From an uncultured Armatimonadetes bacterium (GTDB taxonomy: Bacteria; Armatimonadota; UBA5829): DNA of 64,000 bases. Of this stretch, positions 63,801-64,000 are shown one piece after another (positions within the stretch are counted from its first letter, which is position 1; every line of letters starts with the position of its first letter). The stretch is from contig CAVQDB010000003.1 in assembly GCA_963711155.1 (NCBI GenBank), forward strand, positions 97,358-161,357, written 5' to 3'. The notes under the pieces are model-generated. The model saw only the letters and a program-made list of their open reading frames with translations, was not told the origin of the DNA and did no database searches. A program made the translations under genes and the position numbers.

Positions 63801-64000
63801 ACGCCTGTACTGCCTGATCGTCCTCACTGGGTGCTGAATCAAGTTCAGCATGACACGTGTCAGGTGCGTCCTGGCAGCCGCCCAAGCCCGCCGTGTACAG
63901 CCTGCCGCAGCTCTCGTAGAGCGGATGCGGCGACAGGATGATAACCAACTGCAGCGACTCGGCCATCTTGATCGTGCGCTCGTCCGGTCTCTTGCTGCGC

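Noticed and set aside
1-64000. rRNA or tRNA genes
   Set aside because: I recognised no cloverleaf-compatible or rRNA-like conserved segments on either strand, and all longer non-coding stretches are accounted for by repeats or promoters. Without a tRNAscan run I cannot fully exclude a tRNA.

Overview
This is a high-GC (about 65%) bacterial chromosomal window, almost certainly from a metagenome-assembled genome. PEP-CTERM proteins, a DUF1559 prepilin-like protein and [FeFe]-hydrogenase operons point to a PVC-superphylum or Armatimonadota-like anaerobe. Four blocks make up the window.

(1) An envelope and carbohydrate block at 0-35 kb. It holds two GHL10 (YddW-like) lipoproteins, a SurA-like chaperone, and three tandem about 940-aa secreted paralogs with the architecture GerMN / Amidase_3 / NBR1-like / FN3 / golvesin-C-like / Ig / OB-like. 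Next to them sits a C39-like peptidase plus beta-propeller-lectin protein with the same C-terminal Ig+OB-like module. There are also two PEP-CTERM paralogs with a conserved promoter and leader, a DUF1854 + ABC exporter pair, two tandem GH5-like + CBM glycosidases, and a sugar-phosphate isomerase.

(2) A surface block at 35-43 kb. It holds a cyclophilin, a trimeric autotransporter adhesin with a YadA-like anchor and a long TG(D/N)VTG repeat stalk, a BNR sialidase-like protein and a C-type-lectin PEP-CTERM protein.

(3) A low-GC islet at 43.9-46.8 kb. It holds an IS5/IS1182 transposase remnant, a small two-TM protein and a roughly 640-aa P-loop NTPase. This is a candidate uncharacterised two-gene defence-like module.

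(4) Two paralogous Hnd/HydABC-type [FeFe]-hydrogenase operons at 47.1-51.1 kb and 54.1-60.1 kb. The second carries an extra GltD-like NAD(P)H-flavoprotein and is followed by an Hfs-type sensory module: HATPase kinase, PHP phosphatase, DRTGG, a HydS-like sensory hydrogenase and a second HATPase. Between the operons lie a VapBC pair, an acyltransferase-3 gene, and a REP-associated tyrosine transposase (RAYT) flanked by inverted hairpins.

Three families of small repeats are scattered through the window. One is a roughly 24-bp palindrome ATGCTGAAC..GTTCAGCAT, with at least 8 copies, some lying in-frame inside CDSs. The second is a GTAG-containing REP-like hairpin family built on CCTGAGTAG...GTATCGAAGGGCG; one copy has expanded into a 41-bp, roughly 10-copy tandem array. 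The third is short AGTTGA / CAGCCCTCAGC tracts in the hydrogenase intergenic regions.

Many genes carry 1-bp frameshifts. These are concentrated in paralogous or duplicated genes, above all in both hydrogenase operons. Polishing errors in collapsed paralogs seem more likely than true pseudogenes, but I cannot distinguish the two without reads. I recognised no rRNA or tRNA and no CRISPR array.
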